Virus record (IMG/VR): IMGVR_UViG_3300042562_001169
Reading direction: 5' to 3' (one strand)
Origin: a virus
Lineage: Duplodnaviria; Heunggongvirae; Uroviricota; Caudoviricetes
Length of the DNA: 64,000 bases
The position numbers and the translations under genes were made by a program. Shown here piece by piece: positions 35,982 to 44,335 of this stretch (position 1 is its first letter; the number at the start of each line of letters is the position of its first letter). The notes beneath the pieces were generated by a model. That model saw only the letters and a list, made by a program, of their open reading frames with translations, did not search any database and had not been told where the DNA came from.

Positions 35982-36314
35982 ATGTTTTCAGCAGGTGGAG
36001 TTTATGTAATGGTAGCAGGAATCCTATTGGGATTAGCTGTTATAGGTGGGTCAGTTTATTATGTTAATAAAATGTTTGCTGATAACACTCAGGAAATATT
36101 GGTTCGGTTTATTTTATTAATATTCACCTCATTGGTTGCGTTATTTATTGTTGATAAGGTAATTGCTTGGCAGGTTAAACTATTGAGTGATGAGCAGAAT
36201 GGGCAATTATTTGATTTGATTAAAACATTGGTGTTAATGATATTCTCGTATTACTTTGGAACTAAAGAAGGAGTTGAAACCAATGGTGACCAAAATAAGA
36301 AAGATAAAGAATGA
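35982..36314 (+). CDS. small membrane protein (3 TM)
   Basis: The ATG at 35982 is preceded by gggggatatttatt. The track start at 35946 lies in the repeat/terminator. Confidence 0.45.
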   Translation: MFSAGGVYVMVAGILLGLAVIGGSVYYVNKMFADNTQEILVRFILLIFTSLVALFIVDKVIAWQVKLLSDEQNGQLFDLIKTLVLMIFSYYFGTKEGVETNGDQNKKDKE

Positions 36315-36616
36315 AAATTATTATAACAGAAGAACAGTATGGTAGAATGTTTAATTCCAAACTTTGGTTAAGACGTAACTATGATTTGGTTAAACAGGAG
36401 TTGAAGGCTACAATGGACTTCACCCGGGACCGTATCTGTGATAAAGATGAATTTGAAAATTTTGAATATTATTTCTTCTCCGTGTTTATGGATTGCCTTC
36501 ACCCTTATTATTATGAGGAAGAGAATTTTGATTATAAGGAATTTCAAACCACGTTAACTGATATGTTCTATGTTGAATGTACCGAGTTTTATTTTAACGG
36601 TAGAGAGAAATGTTAA
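36311..36616 (+). CDS. MKIIITE-family paralog (MKIIITEEQYGRMF)
   Basis: Tandem array member. Confidence 0.55.
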   Translation: MKIIITEEQYGRMFNSKLWLRRNYDLVKQELKATMDFTRDRICDKDEFENFEYYFFSVFMDCLHPYYYEEENFDYKEFQTTLTDMFYVECTEFYFNGREKC

Positions 36617-36650
36617 CACCCCTTTTAAAGTTAAGGGATATTTATTTGAT

Positions 36651-37016
36651 ATGAGAATTATTATAACAGAAAGTAAATTTAAAAGTATGGTTACCAAAAT
36701 GGTTGGGTATGATTTATCCCACCGTATTGAGATGATTACAAGTTGGGAGAATTTAACCGGTTCGGAAAAACATAATGTATTTGGTGATAATAAATCTATT
36801 TTTGTTCAGTATCAAAACCATTATGGTCCGATGTATATATTTTCAAATTTTAAAGGACATAATTATTTGGCTCAAAATCAAAAAGGTAAACTATGGTTTA
36901 TTGTTGATACAAGTACTGGATACGAAATAGATTACTATGATTTTTTACAAATGCTTAATCTTGATATGACGGGTATTAGTTTAAGAAAAATAATCGATGA
37001 ATTTGCTGAAGAATGA
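36651..37016 (+). CDS. MKIIITE-family paralog (MRIIITESKFKSMVTKMVGYD)
   Basis: The ATG at 36651 is preceded by gggatatttatttgat. The track start is upstream, within a hairpin. Confidence 0.55.
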   Translation: MRIIITESKFKSMVTKMVGYDLSHRIEMITSWENLTGSEKHNVFGDNKSIFVQYQNHYGPMYIFSNFKGHNYLAQNQKGKLWFIVDTSTGYEIDYYDFLQMLNLDMTGISLRKIIDEFAEE

Positions 37017-37351
37017 AAATAATAATTACAGAAAGTAAAGTTGGGCAAGTAAAAAATTTAGTACAAGAAATTATTGATGATGAGTTAAATAACTTACGTC
37101 AAGAGGCTGATGAAGAGTGGGGTTTGGGTGAAATGGATGAGATAAATGAGGTTGGTTCTGTTGAAAAGATTGTTGTTGATGAAATAAAAACAACTGATGG
37201 TATTAGTGTTAATGTCAATCTTTATTTAAACACAGATAGAGAAGATTTTGAAATAATTTTACCAATGATTGAATATACTATTGAGCAATGGATTCCTAAT
37301 GCTAAAATTCATATAAACAAAATATATCTAAATGAAAATAATAATTACTGA
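37013..37351 (+). CDS. MKIIITE-family paralog (MKIIITESKVGQVKNLVQEII)
   Basis: Coupled start. Confidence 0.55.
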   Translation: MKIIITESKVGQVKNLVQEIIDDELNNLRQEADEEWGLGEMDEINEVGSVEKIVVDEIKTTDGISVNVNLYLNTDREDFEIILPMIEYTIEQWIPNAKIHINKIYLNENNNY

Positions 37352-37652
37352 GAGACAGAATAATTTATTGATGGAGGATTTACCCATTAGTCTTCGTAGA
37401 CGAATTAATTATAATATTCTTAAAGACCATTTGGATTTTTCCATATTAGAATCCGTTAATCCTTGTGATTATAGTACATTAGGGGATTTTATTGGTGAGA
37501 TGTGTGATATGATGGTTGTGGATTTTTTAGATGATTTTGAATATGATAGCGGTCTAAAAGTTAGTCCAAAAGATAAAGATGATTTTTATTATTTTATGAC
37601 TGATAATTTTGCTGATTACCTTCAAGAATTTTATGATAAACAATGTGCGTAA
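37332..37652 (+). CDS. MKIIITE-family paralog (MKIIITERQNNLLMEDL)
   Basis: Array member. Confidence 0.55.
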   Translation: MKIIITERQNNLLMEDLPISLRRRINYNILKDHLDFSILESVNPCDYSTLGDFIGEMCDMMVVDFLDDFEYDSGLKVSPKDKDDFYYFMTDNFADYLQEFYDKQCA

Positions 37653-37680
37653 CCGATATATTTATATTAAAACAAATTAT

Positions 37681-38172
37681 ATGAAAAAAATTGTAAGATT
37701 AACTGAAGGAGAGTTAACAAATTTAATAAAAAGAATATTAAAGGAGGATTCGACAAAAAATAATTGTCATAAAGAATATACAAACCCTGAATCCAATACA
37801 GACCCATACATATATAGAATGGGTCCGGAATGTATTTGGCAAACTAAAAGTGATAAAACAAAAAAACAAATAGGTAAAGAAATACCTGATTGGATTTCAT
37901 TATATAAAAATGAAAAGGCAAACCAAAAACTTGATAAATGGTTCCCAAACGCTAAATCGGATTGTTCAAAATGTAAAAATGGTGGTATTAAAAAAACCCC
38001 ACCATCTGATTTAATTAAGAAAAAAGTTGATTTAGTTAAGGGTAAAATTGGTGAAAATAAATGTCCTAAAACCATAAATTGTATGCCGTCACCTAATGGT
38101 AAACCTAACCCTTGTGATGATTTTTTTATTAGTTACTGTATCAAATCAGGTAAGACTTCGGCAACATATTAA
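37681..38172 (+). CDS. family paralog with Cys/Lys-rich C-terminus (MKKIVRLTEGELTNLIKRILKED...)
   Basis: ATG at 37681. Combines the LTE-type and ILKE-type leader motifs. Confidence 0.5.
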   Translation: MKKIVRLTEGELTNLIKRILKEDSTKNNCHKEYTNPESNTDPYIYRMGPECIWQTKSDKTKKQIGKEIPDWISLYKNEKANQKLDKWFPNAKSDCSKCKNGGIKKTPPSDLIKKKVDLVKGKIGENKCPKTINCMPSPNGKPNPCDDFFISYCIKSGKTSATY

Positions 38173-38177
38173 TAATT

Positions 38178-38639
38178 ATGAAAAAGAAAATTATAAAATT
38201 AACGGAATCAGATTTAAAAAACATTGTGATGAGAATTATCAATGAACAATTTGATATGGACTACTACGACATTATTTTGGATTTATATAACGAGGTTGGT
38301 CTTGAGGGTATGACTGATGAAGAAATTGAATATTTGAAAAGTGGCGGTGAGAGTAATGTCCCTGAAAGATTTTTGGGTGGAGACTTGGATATTGATTCTG
38401 AGGAATCTGAAGATTTTGGTGGACTTGATAGATTCAAGGAAATTATGGACGGATACAATCATAAGATTGTGGATACCGCTCCCGACGGTAAGTTGAGAGT
38501 TGTCTTTAGAGAAAACCCTGAGATATTGGAAAGACTTGATGGTGTGGTTCCGGAATCATTAATAGAAGTTAGACAAGGACATATAATCATTCTTGTTCCT
38601 GAAAATTGGACGGATGATATTTTCGGAGAAGAAATATAA
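38178..38639 (+). CDS. family paralog, acidic (MKKKIIKLTESDLKNIVMRIINEQ)
   Basis: ORF; terminator downstream. Confidence 0.5.
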   Translation: MKKKIIKLTESDLKNIVMRIINEQFDMDYYDIILDLYNEVGLEGMTDEEIEYLKSGGESNVPERFLGGDLDIDSEESEDFGGLDRFKEIMDGYNHKIVDTAPDGKLRVVFRENPEILERLDGVVPESLIEVRQGHIIILVPENWTDDIFGEEI

Positions 38640-38644
38640 TTTAA

Positions 38645-38671
38645 GACCCCACCTTGACAGTGGGGTTTTTT
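38645..38671 (+). terminator. rho-independent terminator
   Basis: gaccccaccttgacagtggggtttttt. Confidence 0.7.
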
Positions 38672-38701
38672 ATTTCTATCTTTAGACAAAACTTAAACAT
38701 T

Positions 38702-38884
38702 ATGTCAAAACATTATCAGGTAGATTATTATTTAATCTATGAAGGAGGGGGTAAAGCATCTCAATCAACAACACTAATTATGGAATCAGACTCTGATTCG
38801 GAAGCAATTAGAAAAATTAAAGGTAAGAATAATTTAACATCCAATGTTAAAGAAATTCAAATAATTAAAATAAAAAAATCTTAA
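38702..38884 (+). CDS. hypothetical small protein
   Basis: First ATG after the terminator. Confidence 0.4.
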   Translation: MSKHYQVDYYLIYEGGGKASQSTTLIMESDSDSEAIRKIKGKNNLTSNVKEIQIIKIKKS

Positions 38885-38888
38885 CATT

Positions 38889-39173
38889 ATGTCAGAACAA
38901 ACACCAAAAACAATTGCAGTATTCGCTACAGAATATTATGAAACATCAATCACCAGAGAACCGGTAGAATTAACCCTTGCAGATTATCCTGAATTGGAAG
39001 GTATGTCACAGGACGAAGCTATTAACTATGTTGAATTAAATGCTTCGGATATGGCATCAACAAATCCTGATATGTATGAATCATTGGAGGAAGAATTAAA
39101 TGATATGGATATTCGTAGAGACAAAATCACGAATGAAACCCAAGAAATTAACGCGGTAGCTGAAATGTTTTAA
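38889..39173 (+). CDS. small, strongly acidic protein (DNA-mimic candidate)
   Basis: 94 aa with a large excess of D/E over K/R. Confidence 0.45.
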   Translation: MSEQTPKTIAVFATEYYETSITREPVELTLADYPELEGMSQDEAINYVELNASDMASTNPDMYESLEEELNDMDIRRDKITNETQEINAVAEMF

Positions 39174-39180
39174 GAATTAA

Positions 39181-39210
39181 ACCCCAATTATTTATTTAGT
39201 TGGGGTTTTT
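39181..39210 (+). terminator. rho-independent terminator
   Basis: accccaattatttatttagttggggttttttt. Confidence 0.7.
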
Positions 39211-39226
39211 TTATTATCTTTGTCAA

Positions 39227-39487
39227 ATGAAAAAGTTGGTATTCAAATATTTTGACACATTTTGTTACGGGGAACTAATTCCGGATGAGGGTGACTCTAA
39301 TTGGATGAAACCATTTATTGAGTATAATGCGTTTGGATATTCAATTAACGAAAACTATCTATTTTATAATGGAGGTTTGATGGACGATGTTATGGGGATG
39401 TTTAGTGTCGGTAAAGCTGACTTTAGAGAATATTTAATGGAGTGGTTTCAAAATAGATATAATTTACCGGTATCAAATGTTGTGTAA
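39227..39487 (+). CDS. MKIIITE-family variant (MKKLVFKYFDTF...; C-term EWFQNRYNLPVSNVV)
   Basis: ATG sits 4 nt after a TAtcTTTG box (39215-39222), so the mRNA is probably leaderless. Confidence 0.5.
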   Translation: MKKLVFKYFDTFCYGELIPDEGDSNWMKPFIEYNAFGYSINENYLFYNGGLMDDVMGMFSVGKADFREYLMEWFQNRYNLPVSNVV

Positions 39488-39504
39488 TAAATAAAAATAA
39501 AAAA

Positions 39505-39783
39505 ATGAATGAGTTAACAGTTGCTGTAACGTGGAGACGAAAAGATAAAACAAATTATTTTGATATTAAATTCCCAAAGGACCAAGAGTTATTATCGGTT
39601 AAGGAATCAATAATGATGTTGGCTGCCGGTATGTCTATGTTAATTAAAGCCGGACACAAACGAGGAGATTTTAAAGATTACGAAATGTTTGAACACGTAA
39701 TTGATTATATGAAAAGTGAGTTTGTTTCTACAGAATCATTTGAAGACGCTACTATCCAACCAAACACAATTAAGAGTGAGTAA
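39505..39783 (+). CDS. hypothetical protein
   Basis: ORF. Confidence 0.45.
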   Translation: MNELTVAVTWRRKDKTNYFDIKFPKDQELLSVKESIMMLAAGMSMLIKAGHKRGDFKDYEMFEHVIDYMKSEFVSTESFEDATIQPNTIKSE

Positions 39784-40036
39784 TAAAAGAGAACAAAACA
39801 TTTTTAAATTTTTAGATATTACCTATGGTAGTTGTATATTATTTGAAAACGATACGTGTTACTATATTGCCGGTGTTTGTATCTATTACAAAAGTTCTAA
39901 ACAAGTTGGGTGGACAGGTGTTACTCATTTAGATTTAGTTAGAACTTTTGGTGAAGGAAGATACTACCCCCAACTAAACAAATGGTTCTCTGAGAAATAT
40001 AATTTAGAAGTTATTAAAACCCCCATCTTTAATTAG
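39716..40036 (+). pseudogene. family member lacking an ATG start (IFKFLDITYG ... NKWFSEKYNLEVIKTPIFN)
   Basis: Clear family C-terminal motif. The only upstream in-frame start is GTG, inside the preceding gene. Confidence 0.3.
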
Positions 40037-40056
40037 ATTGGGGGATATTTATTTAT

Positions 40057-41184
40057 ATGAATATTAAGATAAGTAAAAATCAATACGATAAATTAAAAAA
40101 GAAAATACAATTGACAATTGATTTCCCAAAAGAAATCGTTGTTAGGTTTGGAGGTTTTAAACCCGACGACTATTACCAACCAACATTTGTGTATCTTGAT
40201 GAAATGCCTGAAGATGATATTCTTAAACTAAAAGAGTTAAAAGATAGAAACGAGGGTTTAACCGTTAAACTTAATAATATTTACACAAAAGAAGAATTTG
40301 ATTTCCCGTTGGAAATTATAAATTTCACTAAATCACGAGGTAATCCATACATATTTAAATCAGAATACGAAAAGATTGAATCCGAACTTGAATCCCACGA
40401 ACTTATATTAAGTGCTGATTTATTAAAAAAATCAATTTCAAAATTTCCTCAATTTATGTTGAATACGTTATATGACCTATATCCAAATAATATTGGTAAA
40501 AATAGTTTCATTGATGGTGATGGTATTTGTAATAGTGAAGATGGGTTGATAGATATTCCAAACACAAATGTTCCCGGACAAACTTGGTCAATCCTTAATT
40601 ATTTTGATACCAATCCAATGGTTATCAAAAAACTTATTGAATGGTTTATGCACGGGGTATTTAATAATAATGAGACACCAAAGATAGTTTCTAACGAGAA
40701 ATTTAAGGAATGGATTAAAAATAATTCATCCTCATTGTTTAAAGATGGTGAATACTTGGAGGAACTCGTTAACATTAATCTTAAATCATATAAGTCAGGG
40801 GTAAAAACCGAAAATTCGGCAATTAAAAAATTAACTGAATCACCATTTAATATTGATGGAAAAAACATTAAACAATATTGTTCAGGTTCAAAACAAGATA
40901 GAGTTGATGGTAAAGATATTGAAATAACGACTACTGAAGGTGTTCGTTATGCTCAGATTAAACCATTATCGGGGTATAAGGTTAATGAAATTACAATAGA
41001 AAATAAAATTACAAAAGAATATGAGGTTAACACTTATCAAATGAAAAACTATAAGAGTAAACCAATTCAATATCTTATTTTCTCAAACGCAAAAAATATT
41101 TTAATATTTGAAAATAATAATTACAAAATTATTGGTACCGGTTTAGTAGTGTTTAAAAATCCACCATTATCTAATTTAGATTAA
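40057..41184 (+). CDS. hypothetical 375-aa protein (N-term MNIKISKNQYDKL, leader variant)
   Basis: gggggatatttattt lies before the ATG. Confidence 0.55.
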   Translation: MNIKISKNQYDKLKKKIQLTIDFPKEIVVRFGGFKPDDYYQPTFVYLDEMPEDDILKLKELKDRNEGLTVKLNNIYTKEEFDFPLEIINFTKSRGNPYIFKSEYEKIESELESHELILSADLLKKSISKFPQFMLNTLYDLYPNNIGKNSFIDGDGICNSEDGLIDIPNTNVPGQTWSILNYFDTNPMVIKKLIEWFMHGVFNNNETPKIVSNEKFKEWIKNNSSSLFKDGEYLEELVNINLKSYKSGVKTENSAIKKLTESPFNIDGKNIKQYCSGSKQDRVDGKDIEITTTEGVRYAQIKPLSGYKVNEITIENKITKEYEVNTYQMKNYKSKPIQYLIFSNAKNILIFENNNYKIIGTGLVVFKNPPLSNLD

Positions 41185-41185
41185 T

Positions 41186-41506
41186 ATGAGGGTTATAATT
41201 ACAGAAGATAAAAGGGAACGTCTTATTGATAATTTTTTATCTGAGGAATATGGTGGATTAATCCGATATGAACCTAAAAACAGACCTGACCTTATTTTTT
41301 TTGTAAAAGACACGGGAAAAGACCCTATAAAAAGAGATATTGTATTATTTTACAATAAAGATGACCAATATGCTTTTATTAATTGGAATATTGTGGATAG
41401 TATTAGAATGTTCACCGGTGATGAATGGGACTCAGAACAATTTGTTAAAAGATGGTTAAAGAAAACTTACGGGATTGACCCGATTAAATTATACAACAAT
41501 TTTTAA
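41186..41506 (+). CDS. MKIIITE-family paralog (MRVIITEDKRERLIDNFLSEEYGG; C-term KRWLKKTYGIDPIKL)
   Basis: Array member. Confidence 0.55.
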   Translation: MRVIITEDKRERLIDNFLSEEYGGLIRYEPKNRPDLIFFVKDTGKDPIKRDIVLFYNKDDQYAFINWNIVDSIRMFTGDEWDSEQFVKRWLKKTYGIDPIKLYNNF

Positions 41507-41507
41507 T

Positions 41508-42323
41508 ATGAACAAAAGATTAAAATACTTATCTCTTATTAAGAAATTAATTTCTTGCGAAAGTCGTGAGCAATTATCCGACACTATTAAAGAAATTAAT
41601 GAATTTAATAAAGAATATTCTATTACCTCAACGTCGGAAGAATTTAAAAAATTTGAAATTGCTATTGCAGTAATGAGAGTTAAATTAAAACGTAAACACG
41701 ATATTATAGAAAACCAATTGAGGGGTCAAAAACAAAATAACAAGACTAATATGAAAATAGTAATTACAGAAAGACAAGAAGATTTATTATTCAGTTTACT
41801 AACCGAAGGGGAAAACAAACCAACCAACCCAAAGTTATGGGCACAATGTCTTGCTTGGGCAAGGTCAAGATATAAAGTATGTCCAAGTGCGTATTGTAAT
41901 GGAGCTGCTGCCAAACGATATAAATCAAAAGGTGGTGGATGGAGAAAAAATAAAAAATCCACTAATGAGGCATCAAGTCCAACACAACAAGCGGCGATTG
42001 CCATCAATATGAAGAAGAAAGGGGTTGAACCAAAGAACGAAAATGTTAATGAAGATTTGAAAAGATGGTTTAAGGAGAAGTGGGTTGATGTAAGCAAAAA
42101 AGTTGACGGGAAACATCCACCCTGTGGAAGAAAGGACGCTGATGGTAAGTCATATCCAAAATGTCGTCCATCAAAAAAGGTTTCATCTGAAACACCTAAG
42201 GTGGCTTCATCATATGATAAAGATGAGAAGAAAGCGATGACACAACAAAAACGAAGAGCTGAAAAGAAAGACCCAAAAGTGGGAACAGGAAATAAACCAA
42301 CAATGACACATTACGAAAAATGA
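41508..42323 (+). CDS. MKIIITE-family paralog with Lys/Cys-rich body. The leader (MKIVITERQEDLLF) begins at 41751, and an in-frame 81-codon N-terminal extension runs from 41508.
   Basis: There is no stop codon between 41508 and 41751. Confidence 0.45.
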   Translation: MNKRLKYLSLIKKLISCESREQLSDTIKEINEFNKEYSITSTSEEFKKFEIAIAVMRVKLKRKHDIIENQLRGQKQNNKTNMKIVITERQEDLLFSLLTEGENKPTNPKLWAQCLAWARSRYKVCPSAYCNGAAAKRYKSKGGGWRKNKKSTNEASSPTQQAAIAINMKKKGVEPKNENVNEDLKRWFKEKWVDVSKKVDGKHPPCGRKDADGKSYPKCRPSKKVSSETPKVASSYDKDEKKAMTQQKRRAEKKDPKVGTGNKPTMTHYEK

Positions 42324-42691
42324 AAATAGTGATTACAGAATCTCAATACAACAAACTATTCAACGACTTAGACGATAGTTTTTTTGGAACCGTAGAAGAA
42401 ACCAACTTTGTTGTTGGTGACTTACTGACTGAGGCGGAATATCAGGGACGCAAAGTTCAACTTGGTAAAATTATGCAAGGGGATGTTAAAAAATTCAAAG
42501 TGTATGTTAAGAACGACAAAGGAAATGTTGTTAAGGTTAACTTTGGTTTTGGTGGTAAATCGGCAAAAGGAAAACGAATGGTTATCAAAAAAAATAATCC
42601 GGCTAGAAGAAAATCTTTTAGAGCAAGAATGAATTGTGATAGTCCGGGACCAAGATGGAAAGCAAGATACTGGGCTTGTAGAACTTGGTAA
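42320..42691 (+). CDS. MKIIITE-family paralog, basic (MKIVITESQYNKLFNDLDD)
   Basis: Coupled start. Confidence 0.55.
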   Translation: MKIVITESQYNKLFNDLDDSFFGTVEETNFVVGDLLTEAEYQGRKVQLGKIMQGDVKKFKVYVKNDKGNVVKVNFGFGGKSAKGKRMVIKKNNPARRKSFRARMNCDSPGPRWKARYWACRTW

Positions 42692-42692
42692 T

Positions 42693-43064
42693 ATGGATGT
42701 AAAAATTAAATACGATAAATTGTTTTCCACGTTTGAAAAAATGATGGAAGAGTATTCCAATTTGGACCACACCGAAAAATCTTACGATTCTTGGATTCAG
42801 GAAAAGGGTGGTTATATTGATTTGGATGTTATAAATTTTTATCGCGATATTGAAGAAGATTATGAAGATGATGATTGGGTTATGCAATATCAAGATAGTT
42901 CAGGTGATGAAGGAAGAGATGAAGATTTACCAATATTAAGATATGGTGATGGTTATTCATTTAAATCTGAACAGTCAATGTTTGGGCATCACTTTGATGA
43001 GTTATTAAAAGATTGGTTTGAAAAAGTATACGGGTATAATGTTAAAACAATTGAAAGGATATAA
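42693..43064 (+). CDS. family-like acidic protein (MDVKIKYDKLF...; C-term DWFEKVYGYNVKTIERI)
   Basis: ATG at 42693, right after the upstream stop. The track start at 42636 overlaps the upstream gene. Confidence 0.5.
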   Translation: MDVKIKYDKLFSTFEKMMEEYSNLDHTEKSYDSWIQEKGGYIDLDVINFYRDIEEDYEDDDWVMQYQDSSGDEGRDEDLPILRYGDGYSFKSEQSMFGHHFDELLKDWFEKVYGYNVKTIERI

Positions 43065-43456
43065 TGAATATAGAAGATGAAATAGTTCCCAAAATGATTA
43101 CCAAGTATATGAATACTTTTGGTAATAAAAAAATAAATGAAATGACTTGTTCCGACACAAAGTATAACTTCAGTGTTCATATTGTTAATTTGTATAAAGG
43201 TGAGGAACGTTGGAAGTTTGATGATAGTTGGAGAAATACATACGACTATGTTCTTGTTATTGATTCTGAGATTCCGGTCCCTAATAATATCTGTGATGAG
43301 TATAAAGAAAAACATTTTAAGGATGAAAGAGCTTTAAAATACCCGTTATTGTGGGCGTTTGACACTGAAATGATAGATGATTTAAAATATATGGGGGTTG
43401 ATTTAACCTCTTGGTCATTTGGTAAAGCGGGGTTACATTTTAAAAATAGAGAATAG
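43064..43456 (+). CDS. hypothetical protein
   Basis: Coupled ORF. Confidence 0.5.
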   Translation: MNIEDEIVPKMITKYMNTFGNKKINEMTCSDTKYNFSVHIVNLYKGEERWKFDDSWRNTYDYVLVIDSEIPVPNNICDEYKEKHFKDERALKYPLLWAFDTEMIDDLKYMGVDLTSWSFGKAGLHFKNRE

Positions 43457-43603
43457 TGATACTTATTAGTAAATCATTATTATGTCAAAATCAAAAAAAA
43501 TAGGGAAACCTAAAAAAAACAGAGTAAATGTTGTTAAGAAATTAAAGATAATGAATAAAAACAACGAAATCCTTTCAAGATTAAAATCTGAATTGTAAAA
43601 TTA

Positions 43604-43630
43604 ACCCCATCCTAAACGGTGGGGTTTTTT
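43604..43630. terminator. bidirectional rho-independent terminator
   Basis: aaccccatcctaaacggtggggtttttt, between convergent genes. Confidence 0.7.
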
Positions 43631-44334
43631 AATTTATCTTCCATCATCGAATATACCTTCTCCTTTAATTTTTTGGTGTCCTTAATTGTTAACCCGTCAA
43701 CACTAACCTCATCTAAAAATACAACACGATTTATTCCCGGAGTTAACCCAAACAAACTTGAATGATGAAGACGTTTATCTGTGTCCAACAATAACATTGG
43801 TTTAATAGGTGTTTGAGTTTCAATAGCAATTCTAAATGCTCCGTCAAAGAAATCACATAACGTATCATCCGTATCATTAAACTTACCTTCCGGAAATAAA
43901 AATATTGAAATCCCTTTTGAAATTTCTGATTTTAATTTTCTGATACTCTCAACACGACTACTTGACTCAGTCCGTTTAATTGTTATTACACAGGTTTTCC
44001 AAATGTAACCCAACAAAGGTATTGATGATGTTTCGTGTTGACCCAAAACTCTAAAAGGTTGATTGATACTCAACGCAATTGATGGTGCGTCCATATAGGA
44101 TTTATGGTTTGAGATAAAAACATATTGTTTATTCTTATCGTGAGGTTTGTCGTAAATTATTTTGTGACGAATACCAATTAAGAAGAACCAAGATTTTGCC
44201 CACAGGTTAACCACCCGGTAATTCATATTGGTCCCTTTCATACCAAAAAATGAAAATACAAATATGATTGGTGATATCAATAACATTATTAAGACAAATG
44301 TTATTAACGAATAAATTGTAAATATTTTTTTCAT
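43612..44334 (-). CDS. PlsC-type lysophospholipid (1-acyl-sn-glycerol-3-phosphate) acyltransferase
   Basis: HX4D box (FISNHKSYMDAP), FPEG motif and an N-terminal TM segment. The likely start (MKKIF) abuts the upstream stop. Confidence 0.6.
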   Translation of the reverse strand: MKKIFTIYSLITFVLIMLLISPIIFVFSFFGMKGTNMNYRVVNLWAKSWFFLIGIRHKIIYDKPHDKNKQYVFISNHKSYMDAPSIALSINQPFRVLGQHETSSIPLLGYIWKTCVITIKRTESSSRVESIRKLKSEISKGISIFLFPEGKFNDTDDTLCDFFDGAFRIAIETQTPIKPMLLLDTDKRLHHSSLFGLTPGINRVVFLDEVSVDGLTIKDTKKLKEKVYSMMEDKLKNPTV

Positions 44335-44335
44335 A

